From NCBI GenBank assembly GCA_904063045.1, contig CAJFCJ010000016.1, forward strand, positions 248,001 through 312,000: a DNA stretch of 64,000 nucleotides, in the 5' to 3' direction. The DNA is from Dimorphilus gyrociliatus. Lineage: Eukaryota; Animalia; Annelida. A model generated the notes under the pieces. That model saw only the letters and a program-made list of their open reading frames with translations. It searched no databases and was not told where the DNA came from. Numbering within the stretch: the first letter of the stretch is position 1; each line of letters begins with the position of its first letter. The position numbers and the translations under genes are program-made. Of the stretch, positions 25,400-37,948 are shown piece by piece.

Positions 25400-26700
25400 T
25401 TAAGACCTAATATTATAATTTTTTAATAATGAACTGTCGTATGAGTTCCGCCTACGATGTGTATTCTCCATCTCACCTGGATAATATCTTGCATAGTATC
25501 CACTTTGATCACCACGACTAAATGAATATCTTCGGGATTTATTCTCCATTCCTTCTACATATCTGTTTGAAATGGCTATCATTAAGCAATTTATTAAGAC
25601 AAAATCACTTGAAAAACTTACGTAGAATAATGGGCATAAACTATTAAATAATAGACGAATATAAATATTATATAGAAAATTGATGCAATAATATATAGAG
25701 CAGTTGTTAAGGGATTAAACTGAAAAATAAGCATAAACAAATTTATAAAGTTGATAAGAATGTATAAAGTAGACTATCTTTTACATCGTCGGTATGCCTT
25801 TTCCAATAATTTTTACAACTAAGAAATTTGCATATTGTTTCGTTTAATCGGCCTATAAAACAAATATTTAACCTAATTAAACAACTTGTCGTATACTTGT
25901 TAATTACCCCATAGATATCTTGCATCTGCTTCTTGGAGGGATGGTGGAACACATTTCGTTATCATTTTCTATATAAAAATTAATTAATGAAGTAGTTGGT
26001 AGTGGTGTTATCATTTTTGCACTTACATAACATTCTTGCTTTCTTTTGTTTAAATGTATTCTTGGACAATTACTCTCTTCCCATTGAATCACTCTATCGT
26101 AGTAGTCCATATGAACGTCACAACGAAAGTATGGACATAAATCAGATAAACATTTCAGATCCTAAAAAGAAAGAAATGTATAGTCATTTCGTAATAAAAT
26201 AAACTTTCTAATTACGTTTCTAAGATGTCCAGGATGCTTTAAATCAAAATGATTTTCTAAAAATTCTTCAGAAACGAACGATTTTCCACAAAAATTACAA
26301 GTCCATTTACTTGCTGTTTCCTCTACTTTCCTCATTTCGTAGTTTTGATAAACCTCCGATCTTAAATCAAATGGGCAAGTTTCCGGAAATGATTTTTCAC
26401 CGAATGTTGTTAACTCCGACTTTAAATGCTTTCAAAGAAATGCGTTTTTGAATTGAATATTGCTGTTATAAGCTTTCAAAAACGATTTTTTACTTACGTT
26501 TTTTACAAATTTTCGAACAAACTGAGATCCTACTTTTGAACAATTCGATCTATGATCATCTAATCCGATATTAATTTTATTATTATTGAAAAATGATAAG
26601 TAATTTGGAAAATAAAACACATACCTCCTAATATTTCACGAAAGAAGGATATACTAAAAATTGATAGTATAATTTGCTTTCTTAGCACACTATTCCTCAT
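25400..26700 (-). CDS. Type I membrane protein with a lumenal/extracellular C2H2-type zinc finger and Cys-rich region
   Basis: Spliced product has signal peptide MRNSVLRKQIILSIFSISFF, CPFDLRSEVY, WTCNFCGKSFVSEEFLENHFDLKH, KCLSDLCPYFRCD, TM ALYIIASIFYIIFIFVYYLIVY and a short tail. Confidence 0.75.
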
Positions 26701-27452
26701 CGTAAAATCATTTATATAGGCTTTGAAATAATATAAACATAGTATTTAAGTAAGAATGATCAATCTCATTAATGTTAGGCAGACGATAGTATGAACATTT
26801 TGGAACCTATTGGAAACTGGTATAAGCGGAAGTAAGAAATAGGAAAAACATTTATTGTAAATGGATAATCTTTTAAAATAAAAACAACTGTCTTTTTCAA
26901 TTAAATTACTAAACTATTAACAAATTTAATTTAATATGAGTTATAATTTATTATATTCCGTCAGCTCTGAAAGATTGTTAAATTTTATACTATCATTTAG
27001 AACGAATGATAATGGCGGGAATTTAAGTATCAAAATAAAGCGAATGTTTTTTTATTTCACTAAAAATTATGTAAATATTACTTTTATTACAATGAAATAG
27101 AAATCTAATTAGTCGAACAATTGTTGTATTATGTTTTAAATCTGGAAAAAGTTTACCTTCTTGACAAATAGAAGTTTTAACAGTTCATAAATTAAAATTC
27201 GTGGTATATATCCTTCTAATGTGTTATTATTTCTATACATCAACTATTTTTATAAACAAATAGGCCTATTCATGAAAATGTTTATAAAACAAAGAAAAAA
27301 AGCAAAAAAAATTTAATACTTTTTGAATTTTATGAGATAATTGGATGTTTGAAAGTAATTTTGAGTATATTATGCTCATGTTCGAACTGAACCAGATTGG
27401 CATATTTCAAGATGAAATTGTCTTTTCTTCAATATAAACCGCTTTATTTGCA

Positions 27453-28742
27453 ATGATTTCCATTGGAGAAGTTAACAAACGTTCTGCAAAAAATAACATT
27501 GTTCTTAAACTTCCAGAAAGACTGACAAATCCGTCAAACAGAGAAAGATTGAAAAAGGAATTGTTAAGATGCCTCTATTATCGTTCATGGGGCTATATTT
27601 CAGAACCTCAGATTCCTATGTACACAGGCGTTTTTTCATTGGCGTTTTCGAGAAAAGGGTAAGAAGTAATTAAAGTACAATAACCGTTAATATTTAACAA
27701 ATATGCAATCTTTTTTTAGAAATCCTTTGTTAATAGGCTTTGACCAAGGAGAGATAAGGGGTTTTGACGTAACCTCCAATAAACAAATATGGGATAATGT
27801 TGATATGCATAACTGTGGTGTTAACTGTTTGGAGTAAGCAAATATCTCTTTATTTAATTTATTAAAGAAAAAATCATTAAAACACTTTCAATTTTTTATA
27901 GATTCATAAATGATTATCAGTTCGTAAGTGGATCCGATGATACTGTTGTTAAACTTTGGGATTTACGTAAATTGGATTATTCTATACAGAATCTTTACGA
28001 TATGGATGAATGGGTTCAGGATGTTAGCTTTTCTTTCGGTCAAAAACTTCTAATAACGAATGGAATTGGAAGTGGATTCTTTGTTTACCAATTAGTGGAT
28101 GGTAGATTTGAATTGGTGGCTGTTTGTAAAAATGATAAACCTATTTATAGAGCAAAGTTAATTGACTCAAACGATGGTATGATGGTTTATAGTAATTGGG
28201 GAGACTCCAAAGCCTATATAGTGCACAATTTTTATCGTCTTATTCGTGAAAGATCGAATCATACTCCTCCTTCAGAACTGCATTTAAAAGAAGAGATTTC
28301 TTGTAAATTGGAAGGTTTAGCAGATTGTATTATAAGTTCTATTGCCGTTCATCCGTTTGAAAGACGTTTTGCTATGAGAGGTACAACAGCAGGACGAAAA
28401 AAACGACATATGAAATCCTATACATTTATTTTTGATGCTAATCGGGTATCAGAATCTTGTGAACCAACTTGTACTCATCAAGAATCGTCTAAAACTCGTA
28501 ATTTTACAAAAGAAATGAGTTTTTCATTCGACGGCTATGCTTTATCGTCACCGAATCGTAGTTCAGTTAGACTGCTGGGTCTAATTAATAATCCGATGTC
28601 TAAGAATCGTCTGCAAGTGCTAAATGAAGTAAAAGGTTCTAATTCAGCCGATTCAGCAATTGTTACCCGTTTTTCGCCAGTTGAACCACTATTGGCAGTT
28701 GGGTGGTTAAGTGGTTCCATTAAATTGTTTAAACCATCATAG
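27453..28742 (+). CDS. DCAF10: DDB1- and CUL4-associated factor 10 (WDR32)-like WD40 protein
   Basis: GVFSLAFS, FVSGSDDTVVKLWDLRKL, KEMSFSFDGYALSSP and RFSPVEPLLAVGWLSGSIKLFKP parallel DCAF10, but the sequence is divergent. Confidence 0.8.
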
Positions 28743-28894
28743 ACTTCAGGAAAAGTTTCAAAGATAGCTTCCGTGAAGTGTTTTTAATGATTTTTTTTAT
28801 ATTACGCTCTACTTTTATATGCTCAATGTATTTTTATTTATTATTTTAAATTAAAATCGCAATAAATTAACTTGAGAAAAATAATGATCAGTTT

Positions 28895-30597
28895 TTAGCC
28901 TTTGATGACGGCAACAGGTCGCAGCTTGAAACATTTCTGACTTATTCCGGCAATATGACCTGTTTTGAGAAAGACCTTCGTTAATAGAGATTATTTAAAT
29001 TTAAACAATACACTTACAAGTATCAACAACATCTGTAACATTTTTGTACGATTCCGGTGCTTCTTCCATAACCAGTTTTGGTGATGCCACCCTAATAGAT
29101 ATTCCTTGCTTATCTAACGCTTTCAGGACATCTACGTAATCTAAATTTCGCCTAGACTTTGCCCTGGATAGTGCACGTCCAGCTCCATGGCAAGTCGAAC
29201 CAAATGTCTGTTGCATACCAATTTCAGTGCCTGTCAAGACATAACTACAGGTACCCATAGTGCCACCAATAAGTACTGGCTGACCAGTTAGTTGATAATC
29301 AACGGGTATTAAAGGATGGTGAGGAGGAAAAGCTCTAGTTGAACCTTTTCTATGAACAAGTAGAGTTTTTTCTTTACCTTGGACGAAATGTTGTTCAACC
29401 TTAGCAATATTATGGCTAACATCATATATCATATGCATGTCTAAATCATCTGGGGTAGAGTTAAACATTTTTGCAAAACTTTGTCGACAGAGAAAAGTCA
29501 TCGAAGATCGATTGACCCATGCATAGTTAGCAGCGGCAGCCATACCTTTTAAGTAATCTTGACCTTCCTTTGAGTGAATTTGAGCACATGCTAACTGCCG
29601 ATCATTTACCTAAAATAATATTAAAGATAATTTGAATTGTGTTGATAAAAAAGTCATATAGTATTTGATGGCTACCTCAATTTTATCTCTTTTCATTGCT
29701 TTTTCCATGGACACAAGTGCATCTGTAGCCACTTGGTGACCTAATCCTCGTGATCCACAATGGATCATGACACAGACTTGTCCCTCGAATTCTATACCCA
29801 TTCTCTTGGCGTTATGTTCATTGAAAATTTCTTCAACAACTTGAATTTCAGCATAATGATTACCAGCACCTAAAGTACCAAGTTGAGGTAGACCGCGTTT
29901 CTTTGCTCTGGCCGAGACACAGTTAGGATCGGCTTGTAGCATACGACCATATTCTTCGCAATGTTCTTTATCTTCAGCCCAAATGTAACCTTCTCTTAAC
30001 GACCAATCCATTCCCATTTCAAGAGCTTCTTCCAGATCTTTAGCTCCCATTGGTATAATTCCCTTAGAGCCAACTCCAACAGGAATATGATCAAACATAG
30101 ATTGAGCTAATTGTTCCTTAACCGGCTGAACATCTTTTTCAGATAAATTTGTTCTGAGTAGCCTCACACCACAATTAATATCAAAACCAACACCCCCGGG
30201 AGATACTATTGCATTTGGATCATCCATGTCAAAAGCAGCCATGTTTCCAATTGCAAAACCATAACCCGAATGAATATCCGGTAAACCTATTGAATTCTAT
30301 ATAAAGAAAATATTATTAGCTTCATGCTGGAACTCAATGGAAGAGAAAATTATTTACCCCGACAATTCCTGGTAGGGCAGCAACATTTGCTATTTGTTTT
30401 ACTCCTGGAAGAAATCCACCAAAGCCTCCCGGTCTGCATGCATGCTGAAGCTCTTCAAACATCAACTTCTCCAAATGATCATTTACGTAGAAGACTCCTT
30501 CCACTTTCATATTTGGTACAAAACCTTTCTTGATTCTCCATGATGTTGGAGTAATTCTTTCAAGATACTCCAGTTCCTCACTGTAGCTTCTAACCAT
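28895..30597 (-). CDS. RTCB: RNA-splicing ligase RtcB (3'-phosphate/5'-OH ligase), 4 exons
   Basis: [46 protein letters not shown] and RPVAVIKG*. All metal-binding and guanylylation motifs are intact. Confidence 0.98.
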
Positions 30598-31066
30598 TTT
30601 CTTAAAGAGTGATAATTAGATTTAATCACAGATAATAGTCATTCAATTTAAAACATATATCATTTGAGAAATATTTCCCAAATAATTTACTTTAATATTG
30701 TAACTTTATTTAAAAAGTAGACTTTTTAACCTACCCAGTATTGTTATCACAAATTTTACCGGAAGGAGTCGCAATGTGGAGAGGCAAAACAGTTTCTCTG
30801 AAGACTATCAGTTTTCGGAAAAGTATCCAATCAGCTGTGAAGGAGTAGCACTTCCGGTGTGGATGTAAACAAAACGTAGCCAATTCTAAAAAAATTGGAG
30901 TTTGACATATAAATTTGGAAACATCAATCTACCCACCGATCAGTTGGATTACCGTCGTTGATTTTTAATATTTTACATAGATGTAAATTATTATAAAATG
31001 TATTTATTAACACGTATTATATATTTTTAAAATTTCTTTCAGCGTATCCTGCAGAAATCGAAGGAA

Positions 31067-31888
31067 ATGCAACTGAATCACTCCTTATATATTTTACTTC
31101 TTTTACCTATGTTAATATTAGCTAGGGACTATTATGATATACTTGGTGTGGATAAAACAGCCAGTAAAAGAGATATTAAGAAAGCATTTAGAAAGCTAGC
31201 TCAGAAATATCATCCTGATAAAAATAGAGATTTAACGAAGGAAGAAGCAGAAAAGAAATTTGTAGAAATAGCAAAAGCATATGAGATTTTATCTGATGCA
31301 GAAAAAAGAGCAAAATATGATAAATTCGGTGAAGCCGCTTTTGAACAAGGTGATGGAGGGAGCAGTCACGATTTTAATTTTGCCGACTATTCCAAAAGTA
31401 ATATTCTTTTTTCTTATTTACTTAAATTTTTATATTTAATTAATTTTTTTAATACAATCGGCTTATATTTAATATTCCATAAATGTAGGCTAAATTTAAT
31501 TGAAACTTTATTTGCCTTTTGACGATTTTATAGATGGAATTATTTCACATCTGTTACTTTTTTTACAGTTTTTGAGGAAATGTTTGGCGGTTCCCACTTT
31601 AAACAAGGAGGTGGCGGATCATTCTTCAATTTTGATGATCATTTTAGTGACTGGGGTGAAGACGATTTTGACAATGGAGACTCTTTCTTTCAGCATTTCA
31701 GCCACGGACATGACAATGTTGGAGGTGATGTTGGTGGTGGAAATGGTATGTTCGATGATTTTGTTAACATGGATTTTGGAGGTTTTAATGAAGTTCATCA
31801 AGGAGGTGGAGGTGGTGGAAAGCAAAGGTGTAAAACAATTACCAAAAGACAAGGAAATATGGTTAGCACCCAGACAATTTGCTCATGA
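31067..31888 (+). CDS. DNAJB9: ER-lumenal J-protein DNAJB9/ERdj4, 2 coding exons
   Basis: Signal peptide, J domain with HPD, a G/F/D-rich region and C-terminal [20 protein letters not shown] matching the ERdj4 tail. Confidence 0.88.
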
Positions 31889-32072
31889 AAAATGAATTGT
31901 TAAAACTTTATCTCGAAATTGAATTGTACAGAAATTTTAAAAAGTTTGAATCTTTTAAGAAATTGCTTATATTGGTAATAATAAATAAATTCAGTCTTTT
32001 CTCTTTAGGTATAGTTTACTTTTGATAATTCGTGAAAAAAATGTAAGAAGCCAAAAAAAACTTTGAAATTAA

Positions 32073-33032
32073 TCAAGCTTTAGCATGTTTTTCATTGTTA
32101 TTTTGAGAAATTGGTTGTTTTTTTTCAACTGTTCTTAATTCTCTTGTCCTAACTAGAGCGTAGCAAACTGAAGCTGACGCAACAATAAGGACGGATAACC
32201 ACCAGAGAATAGGCCTAGACTCTTTTTCTATTCTTGAACCAATGAATGTTTGAACGACTGATTTCGCGGAAGCCGAAACATGATGAGTAATTGGAGATGT
32301 ATAGGCTATTTGGAGGGCAGAGATCCAAGACATCGCAGCAGCCATTAATCCAGTTAAAACAAGAAGCATAACATTGAAATTGTCAAATAATCTCTCGACT
32401 TGCCATTGGCCAGTAAATAAGACAAGAGGAAAGAGGAGAATTGCAGCGTTAGTATTCAGTACAAAAGCTAATTTGACGGCATTTCCATCTAAAGCATGCA
32501 TAGCTTTAGATGTTAGTACTCCGTTAAGAGCAACAACAAGTGAAGTAACTATCCCATAAATAACTCCTGATAAATTTAATGAACCAGCTGCTCTTTCTTG
32601 ATCAACACCTAAGGCAAATCCTGTTGATAGAGCAATACAACAGGTTAAAGCTGAACACGAGATACTTTTCTTCAGTATAATTGCAGATAGCGATACCACA
32701 AAAAGCAACGTTAGAGATCTAGCAATTTGATAGAAGACAACCCCAACTAACTTGAGACAAAAGTTATTGAGGGTTAACATGAGAATATGGCTAAACGATT
32801 GTAAAACAACATACTTGTTTGAAAAATCTTTTGTGTTGAAGTCACCCCTAAGTAGGATAACAATACAAGTGCTAAGAGACCCAAGTGCACTTTGAGCCCA
32901 TGCACAAAAAACAGATATATCTTCCGATTTCTTGGGTCCCAACAATTTACTGTTAGCAATAACTAAACCAATTGATATAACCCAATAAGTAGCTACAATT
33001 GCCAGAACAACAAAAAATCTTCGCAAATCCAT
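32073..33032 (-). CDS. SLC35C1: GDP-fucose transporter (SLC35C1)-like, intronless
   Basis: YWVISIGLVIAN, LNNFCLKLVGVVFYQIARSLT, GFALGVDQE and QIAYTSPITHHVSASAK, with about 10 hydrophobic segments. Confidence 0.8.
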   Translation of the reverse strand: MDLRRFFVVLAIVATYWVISIGLVIANSKLLGPKKSEDISVFCAWAQSALGSLSTCIVILLRGDFNTKDFSNKYVVLQSFSHILMLTLNNFCLKLVGVVFYQIARSLTLLFVVSLSAIILKKSISCSALTCCIALSTGFALGVDQERAAGSLNLSGVIYGIVTSLVVALNGVLTSKAMHALDGNAVKLAFVLNTNAAILLFPLVLFTGQWQVERLFDNFNVMLLVLTGLMAAAMSWISALQIAYTSPITHHVSASAKSVVQTFIGSRIEKESRPILWWLSVLIVASASVCYALVRTRELRTVEKKQPISQNNNEKHAKA

Positions 33033-33585
33033 TATTACCACTTAAGTCATATTTTTGTTAATACTTCTAACATAAATTACATACTGTTCTACTGCTTAAC
33101 TTTGCTTTTAATCAATTATAAACTGAAAGATTATTGATTCGTGTCGTCTGCTTTACTGCACGATTTAAAAAAAAACATCCGGAGCCACGTATGAGCATTA
33201 AAAGAACGTTTATGATTCGATATCGATTTTGGCCAATCAAGAGTGTTCTTTTTTTTTCTAAAGTTTAATATTAGACGAAGTCTAAGTCTTCAATATCGAA
33301 TACTTGCATCAGACAAATCGAATATATTCGATATATTAAAAATAGAAGAGTATAATTAGTAGATGCTAGTCACATTAAAACAAAATAAAAGAAAAAAAAA
33401 ACACAACATTCATTTTAAATTCTCCTCTTTTTTCAATATTAGCCTAATCGATACTTGCAAAAATTTTGATTTTCAATGAAAATTAATATTCTTCTAAAAC
33501 AGAGGAGATAAAAAACTGCTGTTACAAGGTTCAGTAAATATTTTTTCAACACTTACATGAATATGCGTATACTTAGAAATGTATA

Positions 33586-33628
33586 ATATATATATATACA
33601 GTATATATATATATATATATATATATAT
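33586..33628. repeat. (TA)n microsatellite interrupted by CAG
   Basis: atatatatatataCAGtatatatatatata... Confidence 0.9.
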
Positions 33629-34118
33629 TGTGAAATATGTAAATTCCATTAAGAACATTCATTATTCTGATACACAAACTTTTTTCATTTGTTTTCGATT
33701 AAGACGGACGGATGAAGATGATACAGTAAAGGAACAATACAATCTGGATGATTAGTAACATTTAAAAGATAATTAAAAACAATACTTAAATACGGAAAGT
33801 GCTTCAGAGTTTTTATAATTTTTTCTTATCTTTTAGCATTTAAAAAGATGCTGGGACGGAATTTTATAAAGAAAAAGAAAAAAATATTGTGAAATATCAT
33901 ACGTGCAAGACACAAACTAATTGTTCTTTTACAAACGTGTTAATGTGCTTTATATTACTGAATTTTATAGAATGAAGAGAGTTAAATATTTTATTTCTAT
34001 TAATGATTCTTCCCATAAAGCATATTAAGAACGTTGTAAGAGTATGGCTTTACTGTTTTTTTCTTGATAAATAATATAATCCCTAAATGTTGTAAAGGTC
34101 GGCTTAGAAAGGAAGCTG

Positions 34119-35016
<898 letters not shown>

Positions 35017-35560
35017 TGTTTTGCAGATGATCTGTAGTGTAATTTAGAGTTGTCAAAACGTGGAAGAGAAATTTGTGAGAGAATATTAATCCAAACGCAA
35101 ATTTTTCTTGCGTACGTACGGACTTGTTAAAAAATAGAAGCAATCGAACCGTTCAAAGGAATCCTTTGCTGGAGTGTCTAAATGGAGGAGAGAATGGAAA
35201 TTATGAAAATTTACTATATGTATCTTATGACATTTTGAATGATTATCTAATATTTCAACTTATTAGAAAATTTTATTATTGTTTTTTTTAGCTAAACATG
35301 TGACTTCTGTAAGAATATAGTATTAACGTTGAAGATATTCTATTCGTTCTCTGGAAGATAATATATTTTTGGACAATTTATGCAAATTTATCACTAAATA
35401 AATAATTACAAAGGCATCCTATTATGACTTGAAAACTTAAATATTGCTAGACTACTTTTGCTTTTAGTTTTAATAAATATAAGTTTTCAATAGCTTTAAG
35501 CTCTGTTCCAAACCAGGAAGACACAAGCGGCATTAAGTACTACCGTTTTAGGCTCAATTC

Positions 35561-35572
35561 TGGGCATGCGCA
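35561..35572. promoter_or_regulatory. NRF1/Ewg-like site TGGGCATGCGCA upstream of MRPL53
   Basis: One mismatch to YGCGCAYGCGCR, about 50 bp before the ATG of a mitochondrial ribosomal protein gene. Confidence 0.4.
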
Positions 35573-35620
35573 CTACAGTTTTCCTGTAGCAAATGAGGTG
35601 AAGGTTGACCTACTGTCCGC

Positions 35621-36093
35621 ATGACTTCAAAGATAGTGTTGTCGTATAATAGAGCCATCGGCTACCAAATTAAAAATATCGATTTGCAATCGGTTAAAAA
35701 GATCATTTGCAAATTCAACCCTTTTCGAGAAGATGTACAATCTGCCAGGTACAAAACACTAATCTTTTGAAATGAACTTTTCTTGAGCGATATTTCAACT
35801 TGTTTATAATATTTCAGAGAAGTTGCACACTTTATGTCATTTAAAAATATCAAGAAAACAAATCCGACATGCTCTCTGAAAGTAAACGTACAATCAGATA
35901 ACTCTATACCGGAGATTGACGTTAAATTTAGTAAGGATAATCCTTAAATACTTCTTTTAATACTTTTAATCACTCAATGACAAATATAGATGATGGCCAT
36001 AGAGCTCTATTTAAAACATCCAACTTGACAAGTTTAGAAGTTTTACAAGAATTTAATAAACTTTGCAAAGAAAGAAACGAACTAAAAAAGTGA
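35621..36093 (+). CDS. MRPL53: Mitochondrial ribosomal protein L53, 3 exons (not in the ORF track)
   Basis: LQSVKKIICKFNPFREDVQSAR|EVAHFMS...TNPTCSLKVNVQSDNSIPEIDVKFN|DGHRALFKTSNLTSLEVL. Confidence 0.9.
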
Positions 36094-36453
36094 TAGATTT
36101 CTCATAAAAGTATTATTTTTTTGCAAACATTTTCTGCACGTGGAGAAGCATTCGTTTACGTTGTATTACTTTTAATTATGTGTAATTAATTGTTATTCAT
36201 AATATTCAAATTATTTTAAAGTTTGTGTCCATGTAAAAAAATCATGTAAAAAATGTCATTGCTGTTACACTTAAATTATCCTCAAGAATACCAAGTTAAT
36301 AGAAGTTGAACATAAAATAACAAGAATAATAATCTAAAAGAAAAAGAATGTTCTGTCAACAGAAAGCCATTTCTATAAAATAAATTAATTATATTAATGA
36401 TCTTTAACTTAATGACAAATTAATGAGGAGCTGGCATAATTGGCTTCATTTTC

Positions 36454-37948
36454 TCAAAATTTAGCTCCTTCACACCATGTCGCATAATTATTAATTCTTT
36501 TTCTTTTATGCAGCGATTTATCAGTTCTTCAATAGTTAGACAAGTCTATATTCAATAATGGAATATTAGTATTATAAATGAAACTAGAAAAATGGTGTCT
36601 GCATAGATACTAACAATTTCTGTATCTTTCTTTTCGCCAATTGCAAATCTCTTATTTTCTGTTATACGAATTCGTATATTGAAAATTTCGTCGTTAAACA
36701 TAATCATTAATGTAAGTGGATGATCTTTACAGCGTCCAGGTCTGTCTTGAGATTGTCTCACAAGAAATGTTCCATCCTATACTCGTGAAAGAAAACGTTA
36801 CCTAGAAATGTTATGTAGTATCTCTAATTGAACCTACTTTATTGATTTTTTTTAGACGCCTTTCCCCTTCCTTTCTATTTATACAACCATGATACCATTG
36901 AAACTTTGATACAATAATACCGAGAAAATTAAATTGTCTTTGGCAGTACAAATTTAACTTACTTCCTCTAAAGACTCGCATTCGAAAACATTATTTATCT
37001 GTTCGTCCGAATATTTAGATGTACTTTTTGAAAAATCTGAATTATGCGATTCAAATTCTATATCATCTGCTATTCGATAATTGGAATCTTCGCTTCCGCT
37101 CTGCCTAACTATAGTCTCCCTGTTAGTCATTGGAAAGCTTAAAAATCTTTTCCTCATTTGATTTAACTTTAAGGAAGTAGATTTTTTTAACTGTGTCCAC
37201 CTTTTCCTGAGCCATTCATCTCTCCGATCAATTATAGGCTTATTTTTTCATTTATAACAATTAAACTTTGCTTTTGATAAAAAAAGAACTTACCTCTCGC
37301 CTAAGGGTTGTAAAAATTTCTTCATAGATGGAATCCTATTTTGAGGAGGTAAAAAGGAAATATTTATGCTGTCAGCACTTAATAACAGAAACATATAAGT
37401 AAACATAGTATTTTAGTATTTATAAATAGAATAAATAGTAAGGATACTTCTCTATTTAATAACAGTTCGTATTCTAAAGGAAAAATGCCAAATAAAAAGA
37501 TTTTATTATCGTTAAAGTAATATTTAATTAGAAAGGAAAGTATAAACTGTTAATACCGCATGAATCATGATCAGAGTTTGGCTTTTCATCACTAACTAGG
37601 TCAGGACTATGGCTATTTTTAAACATATAAAATATGATTAGCTAGAAAATATATCGTTTGTTATGGTCAATCATAATAACAAAATCTTACTTTGAAGCCA
37701 TAGGTCTTTCTTAGATATACAGCAAAAGCTTTCAGCATTCCAGGGCTTAATTTCTACATTATGAAATTGCATGATTAGCTATATATGTACATAACTGTTT
37801 ATACTGTAAATACAATATATATATATATATATAACACTATATTTATAGATAGTCAACTATTTATATATGGCCTCTAAATAAACTAACATTTTTCTCTATT
37901 TGATCACGTAAATGTAGTTTCGGCTCATCATAATTTGAATGCATATCC
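36454..37948 (-). CDS. BLNK/SLP-76-family-like adaptor with a C-terminal SH2 domain and N-terminal acidic Tyr motifs; 5' end unresolved
   Basis: SH2: QWYHGCINRKEGERRL...DGTFLVRQS...PLTLMIMFNDEIFNIRIR...FAIGEKK. Upstream mini-exons give DSIYEEI (37315-37326) and NYDEP (37921-37932). Confidence 0.7.

Noticed and set aside
33500-33772. Possible two-exon fragment EEIKNCCYKVQ|RTDEDDTVKEQYNLDD*
   Set aside because: I could not find a start or upstream exon, and recognised no homology. Chance splice-like signals cannot be excluded.
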